The notes beneath the pieces were generated by a model that did not search any database, was not told where the DNA came from, and saw nothing but the letters and a program-made list of their open reading frames with translations. A program made the position numbers and the translations under genes. A DNA stretch of 62,847 bases, the filler included. It is 12 parts of 12 records of this genome, joined end to end, with 100 filler letters (N's around TTAATTAATTAA, not from the genome) between each part and the next. Parts side by side here need not be neighbours in the genome. Positions count along the whole stretch, not along the records: positions 1 to 8,086 come from SRR7504441_27687; positions 8,187 to 11,475 come from SRR7504441_27692; 10 more parts are not named here. One strand, given 5' to 3'. Below are positions 1-11,575 of this stretch, in pieces; position 1 is the stretch's first letter, and the number at the start of each line of letters is the position of its first letter.

Positions 1-2483
1 CTAAGGAGGCGCGTGAAAGGGCAGAGAAGATGCAGGGGGGCGGGGGAGGTCTGTTCAGGAACCGAGAAGATAGCCATGAAGGCAAAAGAATGCATGGAGA
101 CAAAGCAGATGCCTATCGGAGGGAGCTAGAAGCTCAAATGCAGGAGAAGCAAGACAAAGATCAAGGTAGACAGAGGTCGCGTGGTAATGACTATGGGTTC
201 ACCAACCAATTTGGTCAAGCCGACAGAGATCGAGCATCGAAGGATGTTGATGCTGCCGAGGCCTACAGGTTGTCCAACGTCTTACTTGTTAGCTTTTTAC
301 TGGTGTGAATTTGACGAGTGACTGCAGAAGAGATCTAGAGGAGCAGATCCAAATCAAAGACCAACGAAAAGCAAATAGGAAACACTTTGACGAGCAAGGC
401 GAGACAGGATTTCGAGTCATTCCAGGTTCAGCAGAGCTCATGAGTTACGAGCTCAGCTATCTGTTGCCCTTTCAGGCAGTTCGACACCAGTTGCGGTACA
501 ACCGGACGAATATGATCGGAATCTAAGCGCAATTGTCAAAGCACAAAGTTTGTCTCCAGCTATCTTATATCTCTGAATCTTGTCGTGTGAAGGTGGTAGA
601 GTGGACTCTCGCGAGGGCTATAGCGTCCAGGTCAAGAGGAAGGATGATTACGTCCAAGCTCTAAACGACCAGGTTGATTCTTCTGTGTTGCACATTTCAA
701 TATAATGTACCTTCAGGTAGAGGCAGTGAAGGCAAGGAAGGAGAAGGAGCAACGCGAACAACTGGAGTATGAACTCAAGCTCGAGCGCCAGGTGGCTCTA
801 GACTGTAAACTCTTGCAAACCGATGCAGGTGCAACGAGAGAGGGACCAGATGCAAGCGGAATATGAGCGCGAAAAGGCAGAAGCCAAGGAAACAAAACAT
901 CAAAAGGAGCTTGAGGACCAAATAGCCGAAAAGAAACGGCTGAAGCAAGCTGCCGCCGCCAAGGAAAGAGAGGACGATAGGATCGAAGAGGAGCGATTGG
1001 CAAGGCAGCGACGCGAGCTCGAGCAAGAGTACTCAAAGGACAAGGATCCAACAGAGTCGCGGTCTCCCAAGGCAATCCCTGACGAGCTGGTCGCTCAATC
1101 ACCCGTCCAAGAGGTCATTCCATCCTCATCGCACTACTCATGTTTCCTTGCAGGCTACCCCGCAGGAGAAGCCGCAGCATTCCCCAGCAATCCAAGCAGC
1201 TCAAGCTGTGAAACATGCCAGTGCTGGCCAAACGCACAATGCAAAAGAGATTGCTGCGCTGAGGGAGCAGCTCGAGGAACAGCGCCGAGAGGTTGCTGCT
1301 CAGGTGACCTTGCAGTAAGGTCGAGCTGTGAGGACGCCTTGGTCTGTCTGCAGGCTCAAAGGGCCGCTGACGCAGAGGCCCGCCTGCAAGAGGAGAAGAA
1401 CACATCGGAGACTGAGCTGCAGCGGCTTCGGCGTGAGCTCAAGGATCACGATCAGGAGCAGGAGGTCAAATCCAAGCAGGAAGAGTCCGAACTTAAGAAG
1501 CTTCGGCATAAGCTCAGATGCAACACGGAGGCCCTTGAGGCAGAGGCTGCACCTGGAACCCCAAATTGGCTACGTGAATGCCGCCAGGCTGGGACAGGCA
1601 GCTTGAACAACACTGCACGCCATCCACCATCGGACATGGGCGAGGAGGAGAAGGACCTGGTGCGGCTCCTTAAAAAGTATGGCCAACCTGAGACACCTGA
1701 ACATCCCGAGCTTGGGAACACTGCCGGATGGCACGTGCGACCAGACTCGGGCGGCCCCAGCCCAGTGCCACTTTCGGGCCGCCGGAGTGCTGGGAGGGTG
1801 GTCACCCCCAGGCGGCCAGTGCCCCTCGTGCAGCAGTCACTAGCTTCAGAGACCAGATTCGTATATCCTGAGACCTCACAAGTTGACGTTTTGCCACGTC
1901 CTGGTGTTTCATCAGCTCCCTCTGGCGCACAAGTAGAGGTATGGCCATCAGTCGGTGTGGAGGAAGAGGTCGGCCTTGGCCACCTCAGAAGGAACAGCAG
2001 TGCTGGAAGAGATCGGTCGCGTGCATTGGATCCGCCGACACCAACTCGCACCAATCGGCCAGCTCCTGATTAGCTGGACACCATCGAACGTATCTCTGAG
2101 CGAAATGCCAGGTGGAAGCCCACCCTCACTCTGCTAATGTGCTCTGGGGTTGCAGAAGACTGCGGGATCTGCATGGAGTTCAGACTTATGAGGATCAGCC
2201 AGATCAAATGTCGATGCTAGTCGAGCAATTTCTTGAGCAGCGCGATCCTGATGTAATTGCGCAGCAGCACATGGTGGCTAGGTGAGAATTTTGGCTTGGC
2301 CAGTCAATGACCTTGTGAGCCATTCTAATCGAAGGTTGACTGCTCTGCAGGTCGCTGCCGCATACACCCAGTGTAAGCGAGCATGGCTACGAGTACCCGC
2401 TTCCTCAGGGGCAAGAATCACGTCCGACCACACAGTCAACAAGCGCCACTTTGGCTGGCGAGTCCAGTTGGGTCCAGTGCTAA
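1..2483 (+). CDS. CSPP1/CCDC66-like centrosomal/ciliary coiled-coil protein, 5'-partial, about 9 short introns, one in-frame TAG at 2071-2073
   Basis: Exons join through GT-AG introns. Repeated YRRELEAQMQEK / YRRDLEEQIQIK motifs, EEERLARQRRELEQEY, SLASETRFVYP and the C-terminal IERISERNARRLRDL...ESSW resemble CSPP1. Ends at TAA 2481-2483. Confidence 0.5.
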
Positions 2484-2904
2484 AAGCCCTTAATTAATGT
2501 TAAGTACCTACACTGGTCAACCTCAAGTGTCGTTGACCCATACAACTAGACTAAACCTAAAGCGATGATAATTATTAGGTTCGAGTACCTAAAGTACTGT
2601 ATCGAATTAAATGGCATTTTGTTTTAAGGATTGGGAGGACTTTGATGCTGATCTGGGTGGGAATTAGGGCCCGCTGGGGATCTTCCTTTCTGGGTAAGGA
2701 GTAGATCAAGTAAGTAATTAAATCAGGGTAAATTAATCGTAATAGTTAATTTGTTTATTTCAGTACATGTGATCCATTGCCATATTGATATTGAGTAAAT
2801 CATTACCTAGTGATCCATATTGAGTACACGTACTCATACGTAAACTACCGTATCGTCTTATCGACGTACGTAAACAGCACAAAGTCTTGCAACCCTTTAG
2901 GCGC

Positions 2905-5900
2905 TCATTTGACATTGAGCGCTGAAGGATCACATCCTACTATCTTAGCCATCTCCACAATTAGGCGTCGTTTCTCCCCATCATTCAAACTCGATGGATC
3001 GACGCTGAGTTGAAGTTCAACACCTGCAAAGACCACAATCAGCGCTTGCCTGCAAGGCAGTCTAGCGTTCACCTGTCTCGAAGTGTGTGGGAACAGGCTC
3101 TGCATCTGGCTTGGCGTCCGTACTTGAAATAGCTTGAAAGATAGCATCTGCTGCTCCGCCTGCTCCTGCTGCATCTTGCTCCACATCGTCGTAGTTGGCC
3201 TCTGCCTCTGGATCTGCTTGATCTTGGTGCCTATCAAATGTACCTGTAAATTGCTCGTCGAGCTCATCCGGTCTCCTCCTCCTGGGGACATCTGGATGCT
3301 TCTCCCGGTAAACCTTGTTCGTGCTATAGATGTACCTGAGAGGTGCAACTCAAATGATATTGAGCAAACTGTCATCAGTACCTTCGAATGGTTCCCAAAT
3401 CGTTGCAGTTCTCAGGGAAAGGTTCCAATGGAGGAGCAGTTAACTGATAATCGCCAGTCTCAGGGCCACGGACAAGATGGCAAGTCCCATGCACTTTGAG
3501 ATTTTCTGGCAAAAAGCTCTGCAGCAGCTCTTGCACCTGCCATTAGTCCTCTCATGGTCTGGGCTATAGGATGAGTTTGTCAGCAGATGTTATGGGTTTG
3601 TGAAGATAGCACAAATCTATCTATCTGCCAATCACACACCTTCAGATGCGAGCCCAGTTCGATTTCTTGCTCATTTGCTTTGATCTGCTCCTCCAAGCCA
3701 GTTCCTTCACCCTCTAGAGTGCGGAAGTGCAAGATTGTATCCTGAAAACAAGCATTGGAAAGTGAGATGATTGAAGAAATGTGCGCTTACCTGCGCACGC
3801 CGCAGAGCGTCTGATGCGTTCATCCACAGCGACTCCTTCTGCTTTCCGAGAGACTCCAAAAAGAAAGCGTCCGCAAGTTGACGAGCGTAATTCTCTTCCT
3901 TTTGCATCAGATTTTCCTGACAAACGCTGGGTCACGACCGACTCGCGCCTCACAGACTCACCTCCTCAAGCTGTCTTCTACGCTCAACCTCAAGTTCCAT
4001 CATGTACTCTTGAGAAGACTGCTCGTAAATAGCCATACGCTCTCGTTCGCCACTCTGCCAGACAAACCAGGATCAGGCTACATGTAACCCAAACAAAAGT
4101 GCTAGTGCTTACAATCAGTTGGCCTTCTGCCCATTGCATCTTCTGCTCGTAATACTTCTGTCGAACAACTGTTGCAGTCATCCATCCAGCAATCAATTGG
4201 CGATTCAAACTCTCGAATTTGGCATTTCTTGCTTTCAGGTAGGCATTCCGTGCTATCTGTGCCCGAATAAGCAGCACGAGCGGAGTCCTAGCCTTCATTT
4301 CAAGCCATCTCCATTTTTGCTTGTAGTACTTGAGTCGATCCAGTGTGCCACGAATCACACAGTTGAGGCCCTCAGGCCAGACAGGCATGTGAACCACATC
4401 GTATGGGCCTTCTCCGCTCTTGGCATCATCACGATATTTACCACCTCCTCTGATTGCAAGGTACTTCTCTTTGAATGCGTTACCATGGATCCATGCTTTA
4501 ATGGTAGCCACAGCGACAGCTCGGTGTGCATACAGAAATTCATCGCGCTTAGCCTCTAGGAGCTGATAACTGGTGTCACGAATCAACACCATTGTTTTAC
4601 CAATGCGAATGTCCTCACCTTGACCAATTTTGGCATACGGAGATTTGCCCTCATCATACCACTTTTGCTTCATGATCCAATCAGCTAGCTCCTTGTGCTG
4701 TTCCTTAGTGAACTGGGAATTCAAGACCCTGTACTTGAATGCAAAGTCCTCGTGCATCTGACGCTCAGGATAGCCAATCTTCCGGATGGTAAGTGAATCA
4801 AGCATACCTGTGTACCTGAGCTGGTCCAACACCTTGTGCCCCTCATAGAGCTTTAAGCAATCATATGGTTCATACAATTCACACTTCTGTTTGTTGCATG
4901 GCTTGATACAACGGGTGAACCAGCAGTTGCATTTAGCAAGGGTGGAAGTCAACTCCGCCATGTTGCTTTTGAACGCCTGGGAGATAAGAGATGCCCCCTT
5001 GTCAGCGCCCTCCTTGAGCATGGCACTGTAGAATGAAGTCGTCCATGGACCACTCTGAGCTTCGAACAAGCACTGAATCATATCTGTGGTCACTTTATTG
5101 GCATCCTTCTGGATCCAATCATACAGTGAGTAAGTGACAGTTCCCGCATAGTGCTTCAGGGCAAAGATATGGTCCATATCCACTTGATCCTTCTTCTCGC
5201 GGGTTTTAAGGAACTTCAGAATAGAAGTCGCTCCTTCGGAAGTGTTCAACTTGGTTGGGAACGTCACAATTGCTCTGCCTATCCCATCGTGGTTCTTATC
5301 AGACTTTTCCACCTTCTTCAAGTGTTGCAGTAACTTCATTTCCCGTGTACTGTTGCGGTCTGCAGCAAAAGATGTTTTGTTAGTGCCAGCATCCTTCATC
5401 CGAGAGCAGATGGTGTCGCTTTTGCCCTGGATCATTTCGAGGGTCTCTTTGTTGTCCAGTGCAGTGATGTCAATATCAATCTTTTGTCCAAGCTGCTCGA
5501 CATAAAAGATGTTCTCAGCTTTGATTGTACACTCAATGAATAAGGCCTGCAAAGCTTCGTTGCACCAATTAATACAAAACTGCTCCAGCGAGTTTCGCAT
5601 CAGCGGCATACCCTCACCTTTTTGACTGCTGACCAGCTTCTTGTCAGGTGTGAACTCGAATCCGAAAATATCAAGAATGCAAATCTTGGGGTCCCCGTGC
5701 TCGTGTGACTCGTCCACAAAGCCCGGCGGACCGATCAGGTTCTCCTTGATCTTGGTCACAATGTGATTCTCAAACATATCATTGTACAAGTTGCGCGCGA
5801 GCGAGGCTCGAGCCTGCTCTGCCTTCTCCTTGTTGTACCGGGCAGGTGCAAACTTGGCACTTCGGGTGAACTGCATCAGCCCAGCTTCGAGCTTGGCCGG

Positions 5901-7389
5901 TTCCACGCGGAGCACCTGGGCAGGTAGTTAAGGTGAGGGCTCGGGCTGAGGGATCGAGGCACCTGTGCGCAGTGCTCCAGGCTGGTCCGGGAGGCAGGGT
6001 CGATGATTGCGTACTCTGAGTCTGAAGGGTCGTCGATCATGTCGATGTTATTAACTTCCAGGCAGAAGGCAACCACCCGCATGATTTCCTGGATGTTTTC
6101 AGCCGAGAACCCAGCATCGCAGAAGGTGCCGAGCAGCTCCCCGAACGCCTCGATCTCGTCGTCGTCACATGTACGATTGCCACTCCGGTACATTTCCTCC
6201 GTCTCGCTTGTCTGATTGCCGTCCTGCCGGCTGGAGGGGAGCCTGTCGTAGGTCTGGTTGAGGCTGCGGTACTGCCACTTTTTGAGCAGGCCGAGCTCTC
6301 TCTGGGCGTCAGGGAAGGGTGGTGGGTATTCCTTTTTCTGCTTGCTGACTACTGGCTGCTCTAGCAGCTGTACTCCAGCCAGCAGCATGTAGAAGATGTG
6401 GTAGTTGCGCTCCTTGGTGCCCTGGGCGGTGATCCGTGACTTTTCGAGCAGGTAGGTGTTGATGTTGCACCCCTTGACTGACTTCTTGCGAGGGTCAAAG
6501 TAGATCTGGAACAGCTTCCCGAACCGCGACGAGTCCGGATTCCGCGGCATCGAGGCGTTCCCAAACGCCTCCAGGATGTCGTTACAGTCCACCATCCGCT
6601 TCGTCACCTCCACTTCCCCGTCCGCCGGCGGGGTGTCAGGCGCCCCCTTGTAAGCGAGGTAGGCCAGCGCCTTCTTGGTGTTGTAAGACTTGCCCGCGCC
6701 AGACTCGCCTGTGATCACCATCGCCTGTGGACCGCCGCGGGTGTCCGGTTTATACGGCTCAAAGCACCAGTAGAAGCACGAGTCTGCTATGGCGAACACA
6801 TGCGGGTCCACGTCCTTCGACTCTGTGTTCTTGTCGGTGTACATCTCCATGCACTCCTGAGTGTACAGGTGCGACGTGTCGACAATCGGCTTTTTGTCCT
6901 TCTGGGTGCGCAGATTCAGCGCCACCAGCGTGTTCCCGCAGTAGCAGTACGGCTTGTCCTGCTCGTGGTACAGGGCCAGGTTTCGGTCGAGCTCGGCCTG
7001 GTTGAGCTTGCGCAGGCTGGTCATGTTCTTGTAACCGCCCTCGTCGAAGTGCGGGTCGTACTCGGCCGCGAACGGCAAGTCGCTCCCTCGGCCGTTCGGC
7101 GCTTTGTGGTAGTCCTTGGCCTCTGTGCCGTCCTTGGGGAAGGCCCACACCTCGCCGTCTGCCTCCCGCTTCAGCGTAACAGTCTTCTCGTCCACAGCCA
7201 CGATCTCCGCCCTGTTGGAGCCCAGCCGGGGCGGGTACCGGGCCGGCATCTCCGACTCTGGATCGTCGCCATTGTACGGGTCCACCCACCAGGCGTGGGT
7301 GCCCTGCGCACCAGACGGCGGACTCAGTCGGCGCGCCCCCCGGCGGAACTCACCACCACCCAGTTGATCGGGATCTTAATGGGCGGCAT
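2905..7389 (-). CDS. Divergent unconventional myosin heavy chain: motor domain, degenerate IQ-like neck, acidic tail; multi-exon
   Basis: P-loop GESGAGKS, switch I NPDSSRFGK, YLLEKSR, ERNYHIFY, switch II LDIFGFE, EQFCINWCNEALQ, HYAGTVTY, FTRCIKP, QLRYTG. Start MPPIKIP at 7389 is followed by a GTGAGT intron; spliced tail ends at TGA 2905-2907. Confidence 0.92.
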
Positions 7390-8086
7390 CTGCTCGGCAG
7401 CTACTGCGACTCAGCCCCCAGCTGGACCTGCCCACCGGGGCGCGGCGCGAGTTGGCTGCTTGAGCGGCGCCTCAGGCCAGACGGCCTCAGTCCGCTCAAC
7501 GGCGTCCTCAACGGGCAACAAAGATCCGAGTGCTGATTCTCATGCATTGAACTCATGAATCTCATCAATTGCAGCTGTTACTCAAGCCTTTATTAGAAGA
7601 GTTTCTTTATAAATACTAGATCTACCCCGATTCGAGGAATCGACGCATTATAACATTGGGCAACGATGCACTGAACTCGTACTGAACTCCTTGATATAAA
7701 AGCCATGTCAACACCGACTGATTTTAAGCGTACCATAAGCTTACATGCTACCATGAGCTCGCACCAGTACATTGTGGTTCAAGGTAGCTTGTGCGCGCGT
7801 TAATTGCATACGAGCATCGCCAGACATGCATGAGGGCAGCTTCCTGGATTTTAAATCGATGAGAGGAGGTAGCAGTGACAGAACCTTTAGAGACTGTAGA
7901 GCAGCAGCTCTCATCACTTGCAGAGAAAGAACTAGTAGCTGTGGGCTTTGAAGTAAAGGAAAGAAACCTGAGCACCACTGAGGCTGTCGTGGCGGAGCGA
8001 GGCACTACTACTGAGGCAGCTGCGATACCACCGGCATTCAGTGTATCCCTGCGCCCGGTGGCCACTACCTCTGGAGCACCGCTCTC

Positions 8087-8186
8087 NNNNNNNNNNNNNN
8101 NNNNNNNNNNNNNNNNNNNNNNNNNNNNNNTTAATTAATTAANNNNNNNNNNNNNNNNNNNNNNNNNNNNNNNNNNNNNNNNNNNN
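8087..8186. other. Artificial contig spacer
   Basis: N44-TTAATTAATTAA-N44; stops in all six frames; identical at every gap. Confidence 0.97.
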
Positions 8187-8314
8187 CAGCCCATCGGCCC
8201 AACGCTTAGCCCACCCCGGCTCGGTGGCGACTCTAGGTCCGGTCTGTTACTTCAGACAGACGGGTGAAATGCCAACTGAACGGCAATCCCGAGTGAGCAC
8301 AGTCCCCGCTGTTC

Positions 8315-9705
8315 ATGAAGAGAAAGGCCGCCGACGGTGCCGAGCAGGAGGTCGGGAGTGATGGCCGAGTAGTGCTGGTCTCCGGTTTCTGGGACCTGCT
8401 GCATTCTGGGCATGTCAGCTTCCTCAACGCTGCGGCCGAGCTCGGGGCGGTGCACGTTGTGGTCGGATCGGACGCCAATTTCTCTGCGCTCCGGGGCGTG
8501 TCGCCGGTCTTCTCCGAGCAGGAGCGGCGGTTCATGGTTTCGCAGCTCAAGGCGGTGTGCAAGGCGTGGGTGACTGACGGGATGGGCGAGCTGGACATGG
8601 AAGCCGACCTGGACCGGATCAAGCCGGCCGTGTTCGTCACCTCGTGCGGCGACGGCGCGGACGGCGACAAGACTCTGGCGGCCAAGCGGTCCATGTGCGA
8701 GCGTCGGGGGATCGAGTTTGTGGCGCAGCAGCGGCGGGAGGACACGGCCATCCAGCAGCTCGGCACCGGACCCCGATCGGCCACGGGGATCAAGGTGCGC
8801 CGGCGGCAGCCGGCCGGTGACGCTGGGCGGGCAGGCGCTCATCACCGCGGCGCAGACCAGCGCCAAGCGGCCGGAGGACCAGGTGGCCACTCGGACCGTG
8901 GAGAAAGAGGACCTCACCGCATTCCCGTGGCGCGTCTGCCTGGCCTGAGGCTGGCTCGACCAGCCGTGGGTTTCGTCTATATTTCCTGGTTTGCACAGTC
9001 TATATCAGGCCGGCTGACCGCTGGACAGGCTCGACGATCGTAGTCAACGTAAACCCGCACCCGCAGTTCAAGACACGGTCCGGGCTGGCCACTTCAACCC
9101 GCCAAGTCGGGCAGCGGCTGTGGGGCACCCGCCAAGGCTCCGCGCCACCTAGTTCCACAAGCAACGAACAGCTCGCCCGCTTCCTGTTCAATGCCGAGAA
9201 TTCAATCGACTGCGAGTATGTGAGCGGATCTCAGGATGCACTCGGGCTGATGCTACCAGGGATCTCGCGGCTCGATTTCCGAGGCTCGTATTGGCCCGAG
9301 AACATCGAGACTCAATCGAGTGCCGAGCTGTGCACCTGGCTAGAGTCGGTGCTGTGGCTGGTCCCACTCCCGAGTCGGCCTGAAGGCTACGATCCGCTCA
9401 AGACCAAGAATTTGACCAAGGCGGTCGTGGCGCGGCTGGCGAGTGCATCCAGGCAGGCTTGGGAGAGCCTGATGAGCAAGAATGCGCCTGGGCTGGGCAA
9501 AGCGCTGACCGAAACAATGGTCTGCTGGAGGGAAATGCTGCCCGAAACAGTGCCCGACGGGTCAGAAGAGTGGGTACAGCCTTACAAGGACAGCCACGGG
9601 TACTTATTTTCCGGAGCAGGGGGTGGCTTTCTGATGGTCGTGTCGGAGAAGGAGGTGCTCAATGGGTTCCATATTGAGATTAGGACTAAGCCGATCTGGA
9701 ACTAA
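8315..9705 (+). CDS. Cytidylyltransferase-like (HxGH) plus GHMP-kinase-like fusion protein; 2 introns; in-frame TGA at 8946-8948 (possibly a disrupted allele)
   Basis: N-domain VSGFWDLLHSGH...ERRFMV. Introns 8795-8834 and 8989-9028 (40 nt each, GT-AG). C-domain PWRVCLA*GWLDQPW, RSGLATST, SGSQDALG, SGAGGG match GHMP-type motifs. Confidence 0.75.
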
Positions 9706-9863
9706 CCAATCACCTATATAGAACTAACCCACCACTCTGACACCCTTAAACAAAAAGATTTAGAAATCGGGTCGTAGGGTCAAGATAATTGTAATAAAGA
9801 TATTACGTATACAACAACATTTCATTTTTACGAACTCGTAGGTGAACATAGATTACATTTAGA

Positions 9864-11361
9864 TTACATTAAACCATCGCCACCCATGACCAACACGTGA
9901 CCCAGTCCCTCGATCACCTGCCCAGACTGCAGCCCCTGCAGGCACTGCTCCACCACGAACTGCACGAACTGATCCGGGCCCACCACTTGCCCGCCCATCT
10001 GCCGCATCATCCCCTCGTGATCTCGACTGAACGCCCTGCTGATGGGCTCGAGCTCATGCGCCTCGAGGTGGCCATCACCATTCGCGTCAAGTTTGCAGTA
10101 GCACTGCCGCAGAGACTCGGTGATGAAGGTCTCGAAATCAGCGACGCTGATCTGATGGCTTGAACGATCCTTGGCACCGATCATGTCCAGCAGCTTCTGG
10201 TTGTTGGCTGGCGTCCAATTTTTACTGAGTGCCTGGCCACTTGAGGTTGGCTTGTCGTCGAGTGAGGTGCAGCGAGTGACAGTGGGTCACTTTGGAGAGT
10301 TGTGGGGTTTGGCGATGCACCCATCAGCTAGCGAGTGCGTCACGGTGGGTGATGATTGCATGCTACGATGCTGGGATCTGGAGCGGAAGGAGCCGTTGCC
10401 AGACAAGGCTGTTGAAGTGGCTTATACCATGTCCTCACTCGACGACAAGCCAACCTCAAGTATCTCGTTGTTTCGCGTTCCCACCACCACCCGATCGCCC
10501 ACACAATCCAACGCCTTCACTAGATGCTTCCTACCCAGATCCAACTTCCGCTCCGGCTGTTGCTGATTCCAGCCCCACACCTTGACCTTGCCACCAATTC
10601 CAGCACTCAAAAATCCTCCGTCGATCAAACAAATTGCCGAGACCGCTGCATTATGGATCCGCAGCTTGCTATGCAGTTGACCCTCCATGTCAAACATGAA
10701 AAGGAACCCATTGTCGCCCCCGGCCGCCACCCTCTGCCCAGGAGCCTCCAGTGCACACAACACGTTTCTAGGTGCATCCGCCAGACCAAAGCTCCCGGCC
10801 TTCTCCCGTAGCCCACTCACACCCTGGCTCCAGAACTTGATATGCGATGCCCGGCTGGAGCTGGAGCATGTAGGCGCGCTCCCGGCCGTTTTGCACTGCA
10901 GTCGGCCACGGGGCTCCAACCCACCTAAAGCCAGGCTCAGAACAGGCAGTCAAGGCCTCTCACGGAGTGATGCCGCCTGATCCGGTGCAGCCTTTGTGGT
11001 GTCGGTCTCTCGCTGCCTCGTTACTGAAGCTTCGTAGACAAATCCAGCACCGAGGCAACAAAGCCTCCGCGTTGGCGGCTGCCGCTCGGTTCCAAACCGC
11101 CCGCTCGCTGGCTGTGTGCCTTTCAACTGATCCTGCGGGCGGTAGCGCAGGCTCTGCCGGTCTGGTGAGCCAGTGCCCCGGTGAGACTCCCTGCTCAGAC
11201 GCCCGCTCCAGCTCCACCCTCACCCGCCGGTCGGCTGCCCGGAAGCACCGGCCCACGTGCTCGGCCAGTCGGGCCACGGTCTGCGGTTGGGCGCACACCG
11301 GGCAGAGAGGAAGCGGGATCTCTCCGATTGTGGCTGAGCCCGGTTGAGGCAGGTCCTCCAT
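9864..11361 (-). CDS. C2HC zinc-finger / EML(EMAP)-type WD40 / EF-hand gene, interrupted as assembled by an internal inversion at 10268-10432
   Basis: CPVC..HVGRC and CWIC..HHKGC fingers. EML motifs HIKFW, GDNG, VVGTRNNEILE lie on the minus strand, but their continuation GHFGELWGLAMHP...GDDCMLRCWD lies on the plus strand. EF-hand DANGDGHLEAHE. The junction between the zinc-finger and WD40 parts (about 10925-10975) is unresolved. Confidence 0.6.
10239..10461. repeat. Perfect 29-bp inverted repeat pair (10239-10267 and 10433-10461) flanking a 165-bp segment
   Basis: ACTTGAGGTTGGCTTGTCGTCGAGTGAGG at 10239 and its exact reverse complement CCTCACTCGACGACAAGCCAACCTCAAGT at 10433. Confidence 0.95.
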
Positions 11362-11475
11362 CCTAAGCGGCCCGTCGCACCCGCGCATATGCGTGTCCCG
11401 AGCCGCGCCAGTCGACCAGGCCCACGCTGCCCTGCATCACTACTTGTCCATTTCTTGCATTTGATTTTACTGTCG

Positions 11476-11575
11476 NNNNNNNNNNNNNNNNNNNNNNNNN
11501 NNNNNNNNNNNNNNNNNNNTTAATTAATTAANNNNNNNNNNNNNNNNNNNNNNNNNNNNNNNNNNNNNNNNNNNN
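11476..11575. other. Artificial contig spacer
   Basis: N44-TTAATTAATTAA-N44. Confidence 0.97.

Noticed and set aside
7748-8086. Short ORFs upstream of the myosin gene
   Set aside because: They have no clear start or motif and are truncated by the gap.
2071-8948. Genome-wide stop-codon reassignment suggested by two in-frame stops
   Set aside because: Many long conserved exons contain no stops, and TGA, TAG and TAA all terminate genes here (myosin, PLRG1, RPS25). Isolated events are more likely.
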